From IMG/VR virus record IMGVR_UViG_2974512403_000001, positions 15,222 through 79,221 of that record: 64,000 nt of DNA. The stretch is one strand, 5' to 3'. The notes under the pieces were generated by a model that saw only the letters and a list, made by a program, of their open reading frames with translations, did no database searches and was not told where the DNA came from. Each line of letters starts with the position of its first letter. The first letter of the stretch is position 1. Position numbers and translations under genes: made by a program. Shown in pieces: positions 1 through 10,302 of this stretch. Origin of the DNA: a virus (lineage: Duplodnaviria; Caudoviricetes).

Positions 1-252
1 TTTCCAGACATATCTGGGTTTGAATCGATAAGCGTCGTATCACCGCTAATGTAATGTAACATAGATGTTCCAAGATCCTTTTTTAATACGCAAAAATAGT
101 TTTGTCTCATTTTAAATTCCTCGCTTTTTAACATTAGCAAAAATATGGCAATCTTTGCATTCAACAACATCTACATTTCCAAACGTCTTTAACCAAGGTT
201 TGTTGTGTACTTTCTTCCATCGATGTTTCTTATGCCCAGTAAAAATATTCAT
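1..252 (-). CDS. hypothetical protein (partial, runs off window start)
   Basis: ATG at 252 after GGAGG RBS; MNIFTGHKKHRWKK..., no stop before position 1; not in the ORF track. Confidence 0.65.
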
Positions 253-273
253 ATGTTTTTCCTCCATGAATTA

Positions 274-302
274 ATAATACAGCTACTGATTCTTTATGTC
301 AA
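274..302 (-). promoter_or_regulatory. sigma70-type promoter
   Basis: TTGACA-17 nt-TATTAT upstream of RBS. Confidence 0.7.
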
Positions 303-305
303 TAT

Positions 306-326
306 AAAAAGGGCTTTTAGCCCTTT
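306..326 (-). terminator. intrinsic terminator after recJ-like gene
   Basis: AAAGGGC/GCCCTTT stem followed by T-run. Confidence 0.7.
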
Positions 327-2070
327 AAAAAATAAAATTGTCTGCTGTCTGCTTGATTTTAACTTCGTCACTCTTAACGCATTTGTCAATTATTAACTGA
401 GGAACGGGGCTTTTACCCCAATAGTTGAATCCTGATGAACAAACGAAGCTAATTGTCTTATCTGAAAATCCGCTCTTAATGTACTTTTTGAGTTCATCAG
501 TAACATTAAAATCATCAATTGTAATTCCAGACATCTTAATTGACATCCAATTATTAACTAGTTTTATATCTTTTTTAGGGACTTTTAACCCAATCACAGC
601 AATTTTTATTTCATCCCTTGCCCCTCTAAAAATATTTGCTGATCTGTAAATTTCTGAAATGTCATCAATAGTTGGGAGTTCATTTACAAATCCAGCATCG
701 ACATAATATTCATAGTCTGGTACAGATTTTGAATATTCTTCAATTTTATAAGCAACATCATTCCACTTATCATCATATAACGCGACACCAAATGCTTGCT
801 CATGTCCCGCAGCAAACTTAACACCGTCCAGCTTTTTGAGTAAAGACATTCCATTAATGTTTCCTGGGAAGCGTCCACTTCCTTGAAGGGTGTCGCCCTT
901 TTCTTTCAATACTAAAGTTGGTTTCTTGGTGTTTCCAAGCATTTTATTAGCAACAAGTCCAGCGATCCCCTTATCGTATTTCTCTGGTAAAATGGCAATA
1001 TTATACTGACATTCCCCATTTGACAGCATTTTGATTTCCTTTAAGGCTTTTTTGACTAGTCGATCTTGTCTACTTTTTACTTTTTGAAGCATGTCAGCGG
1101 CTCGATCATAGACACTCATTTCAATATTGACGCTGTGCATCTTACCATCTGATAGTTTCCGACGTTTTTTCACTATTTCAGTTTTTCCAATCCCAACAAG
1201 CGCGTTAAATGTTAGTTTGCGTTCTTCATGATCACCGATTCGTGCGACCGCATTAATTTTAGGAATCAGTGAGAATTGAATATGCTTGATTGTCATTTTT
1301 TCTGGATCATCTTTAAAAAATGATTTCAACATTTTGTTACTAACATTTTCCATACCATATGAAACAATTTTCATAATCGAGGCATCATTCAAATCACTCA
1401 TATCAGCAATTTGTCCAATGGCAGTTAAGTCCGGATAGGGAATTTTATCAGATCCAATCCACAATTTAGCAACTTGTGCTGCCATTCCAGACCCAGTAAG
1501 TTCTTTGTTTAGTTCACCATCTTGATACTGGTTGCTAATTACCATATAATTAGGATAATTTTCAGTGATAAATTCTTCGTTTTCAAGAATATGATGATCA
1601 ATTACCATAACCTTTGCGCCTTTTGATTGAACCTTGTTAATTGTGACTAGATCGTTACTTGAACTATCTGGGCAAATAATCCAATCGTATTTTTCACCAT
1701 CAAAAAGTTTCTCGTTAGCCTTGATCCCATGAAGCTTAGCATTTGGAAAAACTGGAATAACATCATTATTTTTATTCATCGATTTTAGAGCTTCATAAAT
1801 AATTGATGAAGACATATAACCGTCGACATCGACATCAACTAGAATGGCAACTCTTAAATCGTTGTGATCTCGATAATACTTTGAAAACTTAATCAATTCT
1901 TTTTCAAACGGAAGATGCCATTCCTCGTCACAATAATCTCCCCAGACATTATTTTTTCGATATTCGATAGCACCTTTGACAATATTACCAATATTGTCGT
2001 TCGTTAGTTCAATGTTAAATCCGTTAATCTGGCTGTTTATATTTTCTACATCACTTTGTGCAATTCTCAT
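325..2070 (-). CDS. recJ: RecJ-like DHH-family ssDNA exonuclease
   Basis: DVDVDG, PDSS, IDHH motifs and C-terminal GSGR...GGH-like (AAGH) DHHA1 motif. Confidence 0.85.
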   Translation of the reverse strand: MRIAQSDVENINSQINGFNIELTNDNIGNIVKGAIEYRKNNVWGDYCDEEWHLPFEKELIKFSKYYRDHNDLRVAILVDVDVDGYMSSSIIYEALKSMNKNNDVIPVFPNAKLHGIKANEKLFDGEKYDWIICPDSSSNDLVTINKVQSKGAKVMVIDHHILENEEFITENYPNYMVISNQYQDGELNKELTGSGMAAQVAKLWIGSDKIPYPDLTAIGQIADMSDLNDASIMKIVSYGMENVSNKMLKSFFKDDPEKMTIKHIQFSLIPKINAVARIGDHEERKLTFNALVGIGKTEIVKKRRKLSDGKMHSVNIEMSVYDRAADMLQKVKSRQDRLVKKALKEIKMLSNGECQYNIAILPEKYDKGIAGLVANKMLGNTKKPTLVLKEKGDTLQGSGRFPGNINGMSLLKKLDGVKFAAGHEQAFGVALYDDKWNDVAYKIEEYSKSVPDYEYYVDAGFVNELPTIDDISEIYRSANIFRGARDEIKIAVIGLKVPKKDIKLVNNWMSIKMSGITIDDFNVTDELKKYIKSGFSDKTISFVCSSGFNYWGKSPVPQLIIDKCVKSDEVKIKQTADNFIF

Positions 2071-2072
2071 TA

Positions 2073-3101
2073 TTATGACATAACCTTTCTTGATCTCATT
2101 AATTCGTAAAACGGTTCTGATCCTCTATCAGTGGGGCTGTCTTTGTAACCAAGTAACCCATCACAATCATCAAATAGAACTGATACATTAAACCTTAGTA
2201 GCATTCTCTTGAACATTTTGACAATCATTTCTGCTCTTGTTTTTCTCGACTGCTCATCATTGTAATCCTTATCTAGCCCAACAATTATTTCATTGATTCC
2301 AAGTTTTGATAATTCGTTTATTTGCCAACTTGAAATACTAGATCCAGATAAGGCAACTCCATTGCCATTTCCATTCATGATTGTATCTAATTGCATGACT
2401 GATTTTTCAGACTCAAAAATAATAACTTTTTCAGCTTTTAAAATATTCCTTTTATTTTGAAACAATCCGTACAGGTTTAGGCTGGTTGGGTATGATAACA
2501 CTTTTCCCTTATACCTAACGGGGCGATACTTGCCAAAATTATCTATCTCGTACTGGTCTAATGATCTTCCACGGACACCAATCAACCTTCCATTAATATC
2601 AAGTTGTGGAATTATTATTTTGTTTTCAGATATTGAATACCTTATTCCGAATTTTTTCTGTGTTTCAGCACTAATTCCTTCATCAATCCACCCACCGTAC
2701 GCATAGGGGTGATACCTTTCTAGTAGTTTAGCACTTATCTCAGAAACATCTTTGTATTCATTTTCGTTCTTTTTTAGTGCTACTGCTGGATTGTAAAGAT
2801 CATGTGAAAAGAACCCCTCAATTTTTCTACCACCGATAATCGTGTTTAGTTCACTCATGGCTTGTGGGTATTCGATTTCTCTATAACGCATTATAAAACC
2901 GACTAAGTTCATTGACCCACAATTTGAGTAGCAATACATTGAAACTGATAGGTTTTCATCAAAATACGCATATAGCTTATATCCGCCATCCCCATCGTGA
3001 TGGTGGCAATAAGACCTTATTTGATAATACTTCCCTCTATCTTGATAATCCAAATTATAATATTTAATTACCTTATCAAGATCGCTTTTCTTATAGTCCA
3101 T
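2073..3101 (-). CDS. DNA primase (Zn-binding + Toprim)
   Basis: CHHH...CYSNC Zn motif, FESEKS and GLDKD Toprim motifs; adjacent to helicase. Confidence 0.85.
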   Translation of the reverse strand: MDYKKSDLDKVIKYYNLDYQDRGKYYQIRSYCHHHDGDGGYKLYAYFDENLSVSMYCYSNCGSMNLVGFIMRYREIEYPQAMSELNTIIGGRKIEGFFSHDLYNPAVALKKNENEYKDVSEISAKLLERYHPYAYGGWIDEGISAETQKKFGIRYSISENKIIIPQLDINGRLIGVRGRSLDQYEIDNFGKYRPVRYKGKVLSYPTSLNLYGLFQNKRNILKAEKVIIFESEKSVMQLDTIMNGNGNGVALSGSSISSWQINELSKLGINEIIVGLDKDYNDEQSRKTRAEMIVKMFKRMLLRFNVSVLFDDCDGLLGYKDSPTDRGSEPFYELMRSRKVMS

Positions 3102-3108
3102 ATTTCAC

Positions 3109-4713
3109 CTAGAACACAAGCTGTTCTTTAACCCCGTAGTTTCCATCATTATCAATCTTAATGGTGGTTCTTGGAAGATCAATATAATTGTATTGATAAT
3201 CTGTGGCGAATAGTGAATATTCGTGAAGTGTCCCAAGATCAACCACCGACCAGATAACAATGTTTTTCTTTCCAAGTCTATTTTTATAGCAAAAATTTCC
3301 AATATTTGGTTTTAAATGATAAGGATTAACAGCATCATCACTAATCAATGGCTCTAAAGACTTTAAATCCCTAGGGGTAACGTCTGCTGAGATCATGCCA
3401 AAATCAATTTTGTCAGCAATACTCTTAGAATCACGGAGAGCTTGCGATGTTCTTGACATCTCATAATTGCTATCATCATATGTTGGCGTAATTTGAGTCG
3501 CAGACATAATATAGATGTCAAGTTCTTTCGCCTTGTTGCGTAATCTATCTGTAAAACTTAACAGAATACGATCATCACGGGTGTCTCTACCACCATAAAG
3601 TTCAGATCCAGATCTTAGTAGCTTAGGTGCTGCCCAAATGTAGTCAAAATCAACGTATTTAACGTCGTAATTGAAAACATACTCATCAATAGTCGACATG
3701 ACATCATCTATATCGAAGTCCTGAATCTCCTTGAAATGAAGTTTGGTCTCCTGTAAGACTTTTACACCGTGATTAATAATATTTTTTACGTCGTTTGTGT
3801 AATGTCCACGCTTAATAACTTCTGGATTAATTCTTGTAACTGCGCATATTAGAATTAATTGAATTTCTTTTTTTGAAAGTTCAGTAGAAATAAATAATGA
3901 TGGCTGGGGATTTTCGTTTGTAACCCATTTTCCAGTGTTTTTATTAAAAATTTGAGTAGCAGAAACATTCACCAAATCCATCAGGCCCAGTCGTGTTTTA
4001 CCACCACCAGCTTTCATAGATCTTAGAAATAGCTTTCCAAGTTGCATCCCAGAAGTGATCGTATTCATGAGACCATCATGAAACCCATAACCAAAATCAG
4101 GTGACTGATTAATGTTTTCAAGCATTTCTTCAATATCGTCACCAGCGTCAAATGATTCTGAATTTTGTTCCCAATCAGAAACTTCATTCTTAATGTCGCT
4201 GATTGTTTTTGAAAAATGATTGACAATATCTTGTTCAGTCATTGCATTCAATTGATCTTGTTGTTTGGAAAGTTTATCTGGTTCTTCCGTGTATACATCA
4301 TATACACTGCTAATATCAATGCCGGAAGACAATAATTTTCTTAAAACTGTCATTTTTTTAATATAATGATAGTTTAATTTAAACATGCCTTCATTTGCAG
4401 ATTCTTTTGCAGACTGGACATATTCAATTCCTTTATATCCAGTAAAGATAGAATAATATTTTTCAAATTGTTTTAAATACGTGTCAATGTCAATGGCGGT
4501 TATTTCTTCTAGCTTATCCGATTCGTTAACAATATTGTTGATAGCAAAAAAAATAATTCTATGAACGCTATTCGAAAAATCTTCTTTAGTCAGGCACACA
4601 CTATCTGATAGTAGCTTAGCTGGATTGTTCATTAATACCCCAATAACACCAAAAATTTGGCTTTGGGGTGTAAGAGCCTTTAACTCATTTTTATTCAAGT
4701 AGATCATCCTCAC
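3109..4713 (-). CDS. dnaB: DnaB-like replicative helicase
   Basis: Walker A AGGGKT, DFDYI, SATQ, DSKSIADKID motifs. Confidence 0.85.
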   Translation of the reverse strand: MRMIYLNKNELKALTPQSQIFGVIGVLMNNPAKLLSDSVCLTKEDFSNSVHRIIFFAINNIVNESDKLEEITAIDIDTYLKQFEKYYSIFTGYKGIEYVQSAKESANEGMFKLNYHYIKKMTVLRKLLSSGIDISSVYDVYTEEPDKLSKQQDQLNAMTEQDIVNHFSKTISDIKNEVSDWEQNSESFDAGDDIEEMLENINQSPDFGYGFHDGLMNTITSGMQLGKLFLRSMKAGGGKTRLGLMDLVNVSATQIFNKNTGKWVTNENPQPSLFISTELSKKEIQLILICAVTRINPEVIKRGHYTNDVKNIINHGVKVLQETKLHFKEIQDFDIDDVMSTIDEYVFNYDVKYVDFDYIWAAPKLLRSGSELYGGRDTRDDRILLSFTDRLRNKAKELDIYIMSATQITPTYDDSNYEMSRTSQALRDSKSIADKIDFGMISADVTPRDLKSLEPLISDDAVNPYHLKPNIGNFCYKNRLGKKNIVIWSVVDLGTLHEYSLFATDYQYNYIDLPRTTIKIDNDGNYGVKEQLVF

Positions 4714-5164
4714 TTATCTTAGTGATTTGTTTCCTCTCTCTTTTAGGAGGCTTGATAACTACAATAGACTTATTGTAGTTATAGGAATTATCGTTTGTCT
4801 CTCTCACATAATTATTATGATCAGCATAATAATATTTAATTAATCCAATTCCGTAGGTTGAATCAAATTTAACGTTTTTGTGCGTCTTGATCCAATCAAA
4901 CGTATGCAACATTCCCTCATAAGTCATTCCTAGCGAGATATATTTTTTAATCTGGGCATACACCATCGACGGTAAAACAACTTGTCCATATTCCTCTCGT
5001 AGGCCGTGAGTGAATGCTTTTTTACATTGGTCATTATGAATAATTATGTTTAAGCACTCTCGACAGTAATTTTTATTCTTATATTGAGTTAGTTCATCTT
5101 TTTCATGCTTTATACCTTGCTCATAGCAATTAGGCCCGTAACACTTTAATAGCATATTTAACAC
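4691..5164 (-). CDS. Zn-finger hypothetical protein, possible helicase accessory
   Basis: CYGPNC...CREC; directly upstream of helicase. Confidence 0.5.
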   Translation of the reverse strand: MLNMLLKCYGPNCYEQGIKHEKDELTQYKNKNYCRECLNIIIHNDQCKKAFTHGLREEYGQVVLPSMVYAQIKKYISLGMTYEGMLHTFDWIKTHKNVKFDSTYGIGLIKYYYADHNNYVRETNDNSYNYNKSIVVIKPPKRERKQITKISEDDLLE

Positions 5165-5220
5165 CTCTTAATCTATTATACTAAAAAAGGCGTAGCTTAT
5201 CAAGCCAACGCCGACCATTT

Positions 5221-5415
5221 TTACTTCAATTTGCTCGTAATCATGTTTAAAACCCAACCGATACAGAATACTGTGGTTCCGATTTTCCAGAGTAAAAGCC
5301 ATGACCACGGAGTTCCCCACAAACACATAACCAGCATCCCAATTAACCCATAAACAAACACTAAGGCAACATCAGCAAGTAACGATGCTAAAGTATTAAC
5401 AATAATATCCCTCAT
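5221..5415 (-). CDS. small two-TM membrane protein
   Basis: two hydrophobic segments, RBS GGAGG. Confidence 0.6.
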   Translation of the reverse strand: MRDIIVNTLASLLADVALVFVYGLIGMLVMCLWGTPWSWLLLWKIGTTVFCIGWVLNMITSKLK

Positions 5416-5418
5416 TTT

Positions 5419-6117
5419 CTAGTCCTCCCACGATCGCATTTCTACGATGTTTGCAAATTCTTGTTCGGTTAGGTAGCCAAGATCAACTAGTTTTGTTTCA
5501 ATCAAGTCTAGTACGGCACTACGATCTCCCATATCAGACTCGAAATCAAAGTCATCTCTGTTAATCCTAATAATTGGAGCTTCACTATATGAGTCTGCCC
5601 AATTTTTAAACCCCCAGTTAATTGACTTATAGTATTCAACTAGATTGGGGTCGGCTGTTTCCATGTCGCGTCCACGCCCGATAATATCTTCGATTTCCTT
5701 TTCTGGGCTAATATCCAAGAAAACATATAGATCTGGATAATGTCCTTTAGGAGTAGCACTAATAGAATCAAGCATGTGTCGCAATAGCTTTAAATAGAGA
5801 TTATATTCCTGATCTGTTGTTTCTCCTCTATCATGGATCACTTTATATACGATAGAGTCAGCTACTAGATTTGAATCCATAACAGCTTTTTCATCAACAA
5901 CAGCATCTCTTAGCTGCGAAAACCTCTCATCAAGCCAGGCAATTTGTAGCGGGAACCCAAATTTTTTACGTGTTTCTTTTCCACCTGAGTAGTAATCCTT
6001 TAAAATCGGAATGGCGTATGGGTCTTCCAGATACTCTTTTGCCCCAAGATCTTCACTCAAAATCTTTACTAAAGTGCTTTTGCCACTCCCAAAAGCCCCC
6101 ATAACATTAACCAGCAT
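5419..6117 (-). CDS. deoxynucleoside kinase (dNK family)
   Basis: GAFGSGKST P-loop, YLEDP, FPLQIAWLDERF, GRDME motifs. Confidence 0.85.
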   Translation of the reverse strand: MLVNVMGAFGSGKSTLVKILSEDLGAKEYLEDPYAIPILKDYYSGGKETRKKFGFPLQIAWLDERFSQLRDAVVDEKAVMDSNLVADSIVYKVIHDRGETTDQEYNLYLKLLRHMLDSISATPKGHYPDLYVFLDISPEKEIEDIIGRGRDMETADPNLVEYYKSINWGFKNWADSYSEAPIIRINRDDFDFESDMGDRSAVLDLIETKLVDLGYLTEQEFANIVEMRSWED

Positions 6118-6320
6118 TACTTTACCCCCTTTGTTTGTGAATATCTAAGCATTGCAATTTCAAAATCATCATATCGTTCGATAGGAATACTAATAGGCTC
6201 ATCAGTACCATCATCAACAATTACTGAAAATGTGTCTCCCCCACCACTATAGTAGAAATAAATTACATGAGATAACATAATTACAACTTTGGAGCCATCT
6301 TTGGTTTTATAACGAAACAT
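6117..6320 (-). CDS. hypothetical protein
   Basis: ORF with GGAGG RBS, coupled to next gene. Confidence 0.6.
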   Translation of the reverse strand: MFRYKTKDGSKVVIMLSHVIYFYYSGGGDTFSVIVDDGTDEPISIPIERYDDFEIAMLRYSQTKGVK

Positions 6321-6332
6321 ATATATCTCCTC

Positions 6333-6611
6333 CTAAATTAAATATGGAATAATTAAAATATAAGCATGAATGCCAGTGTAATAGGCCGTATCATTTACCC
6401 CACTTCGTAAATCAAAATCACTTGCATCCAGATGGCGTGCTCCATATACATGAGCCAAATTATTGTATCGCCTTGCAATATTAAGCTTGACAACCTCTAA
6501 ATTTTTGTCAACACATTGGTACTGTATTCCGTTAGATGAAATAGTTCCGATATATACCGTTTCGAGCTCAAATCCGTCAATTGGCTTGTAAGCATCGCTC
6601 CATTCACCCAT
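6333..6611 (-). CDS. hypothetical protein
   Basis: likely start ATG 6611 after GGAGG; upstream ORF extension is AT-repeat intergenic DNA. Confidence 0.6.
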   Translation of the reverse strand: MGEWSDAYKPIDGFELETVYIGTISSNGIQYQCVDKNLEVVKLNIARRYNNLAHVYGARHLDASDFDLRSGVNDTAYYTGIHAYILIIPYLI

Positions 6612-6753
6612 ATTATCAACCCTCCATCCGATATTCATATATCTGTATACATATACAATATATAGGTATATATATGAATAATAATACAATATATAACCAT
6701 TTTATTCATTTAAAGTGTCATAAAATTCGTATTTTATTAAATTTGTGTCATTC

Positions 6754-7155
6754 TTAATGATTGGGGGCATTCAATCCGTCAATTAATTTTTCAAGTTGTC
6801 TTGATAATTCTGCGGTATTGATTTCTACCAACATGGCTAGTTGCTTGTTAAAATTTTCTTGCTTTTTCTTTTGAGATTCTTTCAGCAAATCGTCAGTCGA
6901 CACAAAACGATCGCCGTTATCAACAATACCACCCCTTAAACTATTTTCCCAATTCCTCCAACGTTTTGAATATTCGATAATCTTTCCAATTTCGACGTTA
7001 ACATTATCTTTCTTACCAGCACGATCAGCATATTTAAAAATATTAAATTTGTATGCTCCTCGCATTTCGTCTTCTGTGAGAATTTTTTCCATATGGTCCA
7101 ACAAATCTTTCCCACCATGTTGATAGTGTTCTGGGATAATCTTTTCTTCTGCCAT
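6754..7155 (-). CDS. DUF3310-like phage protein
   Basis: PEHYQHGG...FNIFKYADRAGKK pattern. Confidence 0.7.
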   Translation of the reverse strand: MAEEKIIPEHYQHGGKDLLDHMEKILTEDEMRGAYKFNIFKYADRAGKKDNVNVEIGKIIEYSKRWRNWENSLRGGIVDNGDRFVSTDDLLKESQKKKQENFNKQLAMLVEINTAELSRQLEKLIDGLNAPNH

Positions 7156-7166
7156 TTCAGCTCCTC

Positions 7167-7451
7167 CTATTTAAATTCAATTACGGTGTCTGATAAACCA
7201 ATTTCATCACTGTCTTCTCCAAATACCAATGAAACTGGTTTCCCACTCCCATAGACAGCTGCAACACCACTAGCATTGTACTTTTCTTTCAGCTTGTTAG
7301 CAACAATATCCATAATGAATTCACTTCTGTTAATTGTTATTACATTCCGATTTTTATCATAATCGAACAAATCTAATAACTCTAGTAGCATATCTTGTTG
7401 AGAACTGATTTTATCATACTCGTCTTCGTTCATGATAATCTTTTTATCCAT
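7167..7451 (-). CDS. hypothetical protein
   Basis: likely start ATG 7451 after GAGG. Confidence 0.6.
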   Translation of the reverse strand: MDKKIIMNEDEYDKISSQQDMLLELLDLFDYDKNRNVITINRSEFIMDIVANKLKEKYNASGVAAVYGSGKPVSLVFGEDSDEIGLSDTVIEFK

Positions 7452-7734
7452 TTTTAATTGTCTCCTCTGCATATGATTGTAATTTATGATCAAAATAAGA
7501 CATAATCTCTTTGCCAATGTCTTTATTAGTTGCAATAATTGGCTCATCGTCAGTACTAAACCACATGATTAAGCAATTCGTGTCTCCAAATACAAACGGA
7601 TAACTAATCTTAGTGACACTTTTGCCATCCTGATCATAACGTTCAAGTTCTACATTTTGTTCATTGTAAGACCCATCAAAGAAATGATCTAAAAAGTCAT
7701 ACATATTTTCAACTGTTAATTTCTTTTTTCTCAT
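7444..7734 (-). CDS. hypothetical protein
   Basis: first ORF behind leftward promoter, GGAG RBS. Confidence 0.6.
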   Translation of the reverse strand: MRKKKLTVENMYDFLDHFFDGSYNEQNVELERYDQDGKSVTKISYPFVFGDTNCLIMWFSTDDEPIIATNKDIGKEIMSYFDHKLQSYAEETIKNG

Positions 7735-7771
7735 ATTATATTCTCCATCTTTATTTTATTAACTAAATACA

Positions 7772-7800
7772 ATTATAGCATTAAAACATTGAATTGTAAA
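7772..7800 (-). promoter_or_regulatory. leftward sigma70-type promoter of replication block
   Basis: TTTACA-17-TATAAT with TG extension. Confidence 0.75.
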
Positions 7801-7812
7801 CAAAACTTTATG

Positions 7813-7841
7813 TTGACTTAAAAATAATTCCGTGTTAATAT
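7813..7841 (+). promoter_or_regulatory. rightward promoter for large ncRNA
   Basis: TTGACT-17-TAATAT with TG extension, back-to-back with leftward promoter. Confidence 0.6.
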
Positions 7842-7849
7842 TGTATTTA

Positions 7850-8650
7850 CAAATAAATGAAAACTTAATAAGTATCATGGATCAAGCGGAAAACCTACCG
7901 CGAAACAAATGGGTATGTGCTGGCGCGGCTTTAGGGAAATTGAAGTAACGTCAGTCGAGTCAAGTAGCAAAAACTCCAAAAGCTACTAATCACTAAGATG
8001 AACGCTAAACCGACAAAATATCGGCAGGCGGAAGATGGAGTGGAAAGGGCCAAGGTTCGCGCGGCTTGTACTAAGTTAGACACTGGCAGATATGGTTTCT
8101 GTTATTTTCTATAAATAGGCACCGTGACTTAACTCAATCCGAAAGGCAGACTAACAGATATGTGAAAACTAAGCTTCTGGGACGGACGGCATAGAAGCAG
8201 AAAGTTAGTTGATTGGTTGAAATACCAATCAGAGACAATTTCTCTTGTATACGTGACGCGCTCAGTGTTGCGAAACTGATTACAAGTCTTTGCTCCTTAG
8301 TCAGTGTATCAGTCTGCACTTTTTCCATTGGCTAAGGCAAAGACTTGTTCCGCTCAACAACTCGTATTACAAAACTGGTAGCCGATACTTTCGTTACTTT
8401 AAATCCTAACTAAACAAAACAAATAACAACCAAACTTGATATTAATTGGATTTGGTTTTTGGCTTTTAGTTTTGGTGACACGTATGTGTGTCACGGTTGG
8501 TGCTAGACTAATAACGCTTATTAGCTACTAGCGCGACGTTGCCCGAAATAGGGTGAGAAACTGGCCCTTCGGCAAGAACACTACTTAGTTGATCCCAGCT
8601 AAGCCGAGCTGTTTTCTAAAGCGAGACCCCTAGCACTATGCTAATTAGAA
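7850..8650 (+). ncRNA. large structured ncRNA, GOLLD/ROOL-class candidate
   Basis: no credible ORF; closing helices 7917-7923/8630-8636 and 7928-7934/8616-8622; 11-bp long-range helix 7940-7950/8392-8402; perfect 12-bp stem 8282-8293/8337-8348; many further hairpins. Family identity not verified; boundaries approximate. Confidence 0.7.
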
Positions 8651-8697
8651 ACATATTTGGACTTATGTTAGTTAATTATGAGATTACAAAAAAGTTG

Positions 8698-8726
8698 TTG
8701 AAAAAAACTATATGTTGTGTTATAAT
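8698..8726 (+). promoter_or_regulatory. sigma70-type promoter of HNH gene
   Basis: TTGAAA-17-TATAAT with TG extension. Confidence 0.7.
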
Positions 8727-8762
8727 TAAATCATGTAAAATATTAATAAGGAGTAATTTGTA

Positions 8763-9401
8763 ATGAGTGGTATTGAATCTTGGAAACTACACCCAGAGTT
8801 TTGTTTTATCGAAGTGAGCACATTAGGTAACGTACGCACACTTGATAGAGTAGTGCCACGTGGAAAAGGGACACAATTCGTAAAAGGGCGAGTGTTGAAG
8901 CAACAATGTGAAAAAAACGGTTATCTACATGTGCATTTCGGCGAAAATGGAAAAAATTTTTTTAGGCTCGTCCATCGTCTTGTGGCTCAAACTTTTATTC
9001 CTAACCCTAACAACCTACCAGAGGTTAATCACAAGGATTGTAATCCAACAAACAATAACGTTTCAAACTTGGAATGGATTACACGTAAAGACAACAATCA
9101 ATATCGGAACAAATATGGAGTATCATATAAAGAAGCCGCGCGAAAGAAACCTGTATGTGCAATAAACTTAGATACCTTAGAAGTATGCCGTTTCCCCTCA
9201 CAAATGGAAGCGAGTCGCGTTTTGGGAGCTAACGTAGGACATATTAATAATGTTATATTAGAAAAACGAAACCACACGCACGGTTATTGGTTTACAAACG
9301 CCGATAACAAGGCCGTAGAAGCCACCAGAGTTAAATTTGGCAACAGCATGGCTCGTAAGGTTGAAGAATTGATGATTAATAAAGAATTACAATTAGTATA
9401 G
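8763..9401 (+). mobile_element. free-standing NUMOD4-HNH homing endonuclease with C-terminal NUMOD1-like domain
   Basis: EVSTLGNVR (NUMOD4), VHRLVAQTF...VNHKD.NPTNN.VSNLEW (HNH), FPSQMEASR. Confidence 0.9.
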
Positions 9402-9436
9402 AAACATTTGAAAAGGTGATATAATAGTAAAAATAG

Positions 9437-9835
9437 GTGATTATGTTGAATGTTTCTGAATATAAAAGAAAAATTGATCTTGAAGAAAAAGATGAAAATT
9501 TAAAAAAGTATGAAGAATTTATGAGGGGCGAAATAAAGCGTGGATATGACTATGTATTGCTATCATGTGATAAAGACATTGGTATTGGGCTAACATACGA
9601 AAGGTCATCACCACTGGCAAAAAGATTTGAGGATAAGATAAATGAAATTGGATATGTTGATTGCCATAAATTATTATCATTTCCAATTCTACCTTCTGAT
9701 GAATATTTAGTTAATAATTACTCATTGATAGATGGAATTTTATACGTTGAGAAAGACATAATCATAAAATATAAGAAACTATTTTTTGATCATGATATAA
9801 CTGTTCATACCAAATTGCTTAAAATAAATTATTAG
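9437..9835 (+). CDS. hypothetical protein
   Basis: ORF in operon context. Confidence 0.6.
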   Translation: MIMLNVSEYKRKIDLEEKDENLKKYEEFMRGEIKRGYDYVLLSCDKDIGIGLTYERSSPLAKRFEDKINEIGYVDCHKLLSFPILPSDEYLVNNYSLIDGILYVEKDIIIKYKKLFFDHDITVHTKLLKINY

Positions 9836-9845
9836 TGAGGGAAAT

Positions 9846-10025
9846 ATGGAGATTGGTGATAGTGTTTCAGTTCGTGGAACGACATTAATTGGCAAGATAG
9901 TTGATATATTTGATCCATTTTATGTATGTAATAGTGATAAAGAAATGTTTTCAGTTGCAATTGATAGAAAAGATAATAAAAATGAACTGATAATATTTGA
10001 ATTAACCAGTCTAAAGAAAGTGTAG
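9846..10025 (+). CDS. hypothetical protein (59 aa)
   Basis: GAGGG RBS, MEIGDSVSV...; below ORF-track cutoff. Confidence 0.55.
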   Translation: MEIGDSVSVRGTTLIGKIVDIFDPFYVCNSDKEMFSVAIDRKDNKNELIIFELTSLKKV

Positions 10026-10035
10026 AGACGAATAT

Positions 10036-10302
10036 TTGAAAGAAGTTAAGGATAATAAAATAGAAATTAACGGGAATATGGTTTCGTTAGATGATCTATG
10101 TCAAGTTATCACTGAGTCAGATTCTATTCATGGACTAATTACTCAGAGATTTAATTTCGTTGGATCAAAAGATACTTGTGTCAGAGAAATTAAACATACG
10201 GATATTGTTCCAGAAAAAGGTTCCCACTTTTCAATTGCTGTTGCTAAATGGTGGACAACGGAAAAGGGTGATTTGGTTAATGGGGCTTCAACACTACGGT
10301 AA
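10036..10302 (+). CDS. hypothetical protein
   Basis: ORF, TTG start. Confidence 0.45.
   Translation: MKEVKDNKIEINGNMVSLDDLCQVITESDSIHGLITQRFNFVGSKDTCVREIKHTDIVPEKGSHFSIAVAKWWTTEKGDLVNGASTLR

Noticed and set aside
7850-8650. Group I or group II intron, or HEARO/omega RNA paired with the HNH
   Set aside because: No interrupted gene, no recognisable group I R/S elements or group II domain V, and the HNH is NUMOD4-type, not IscB.
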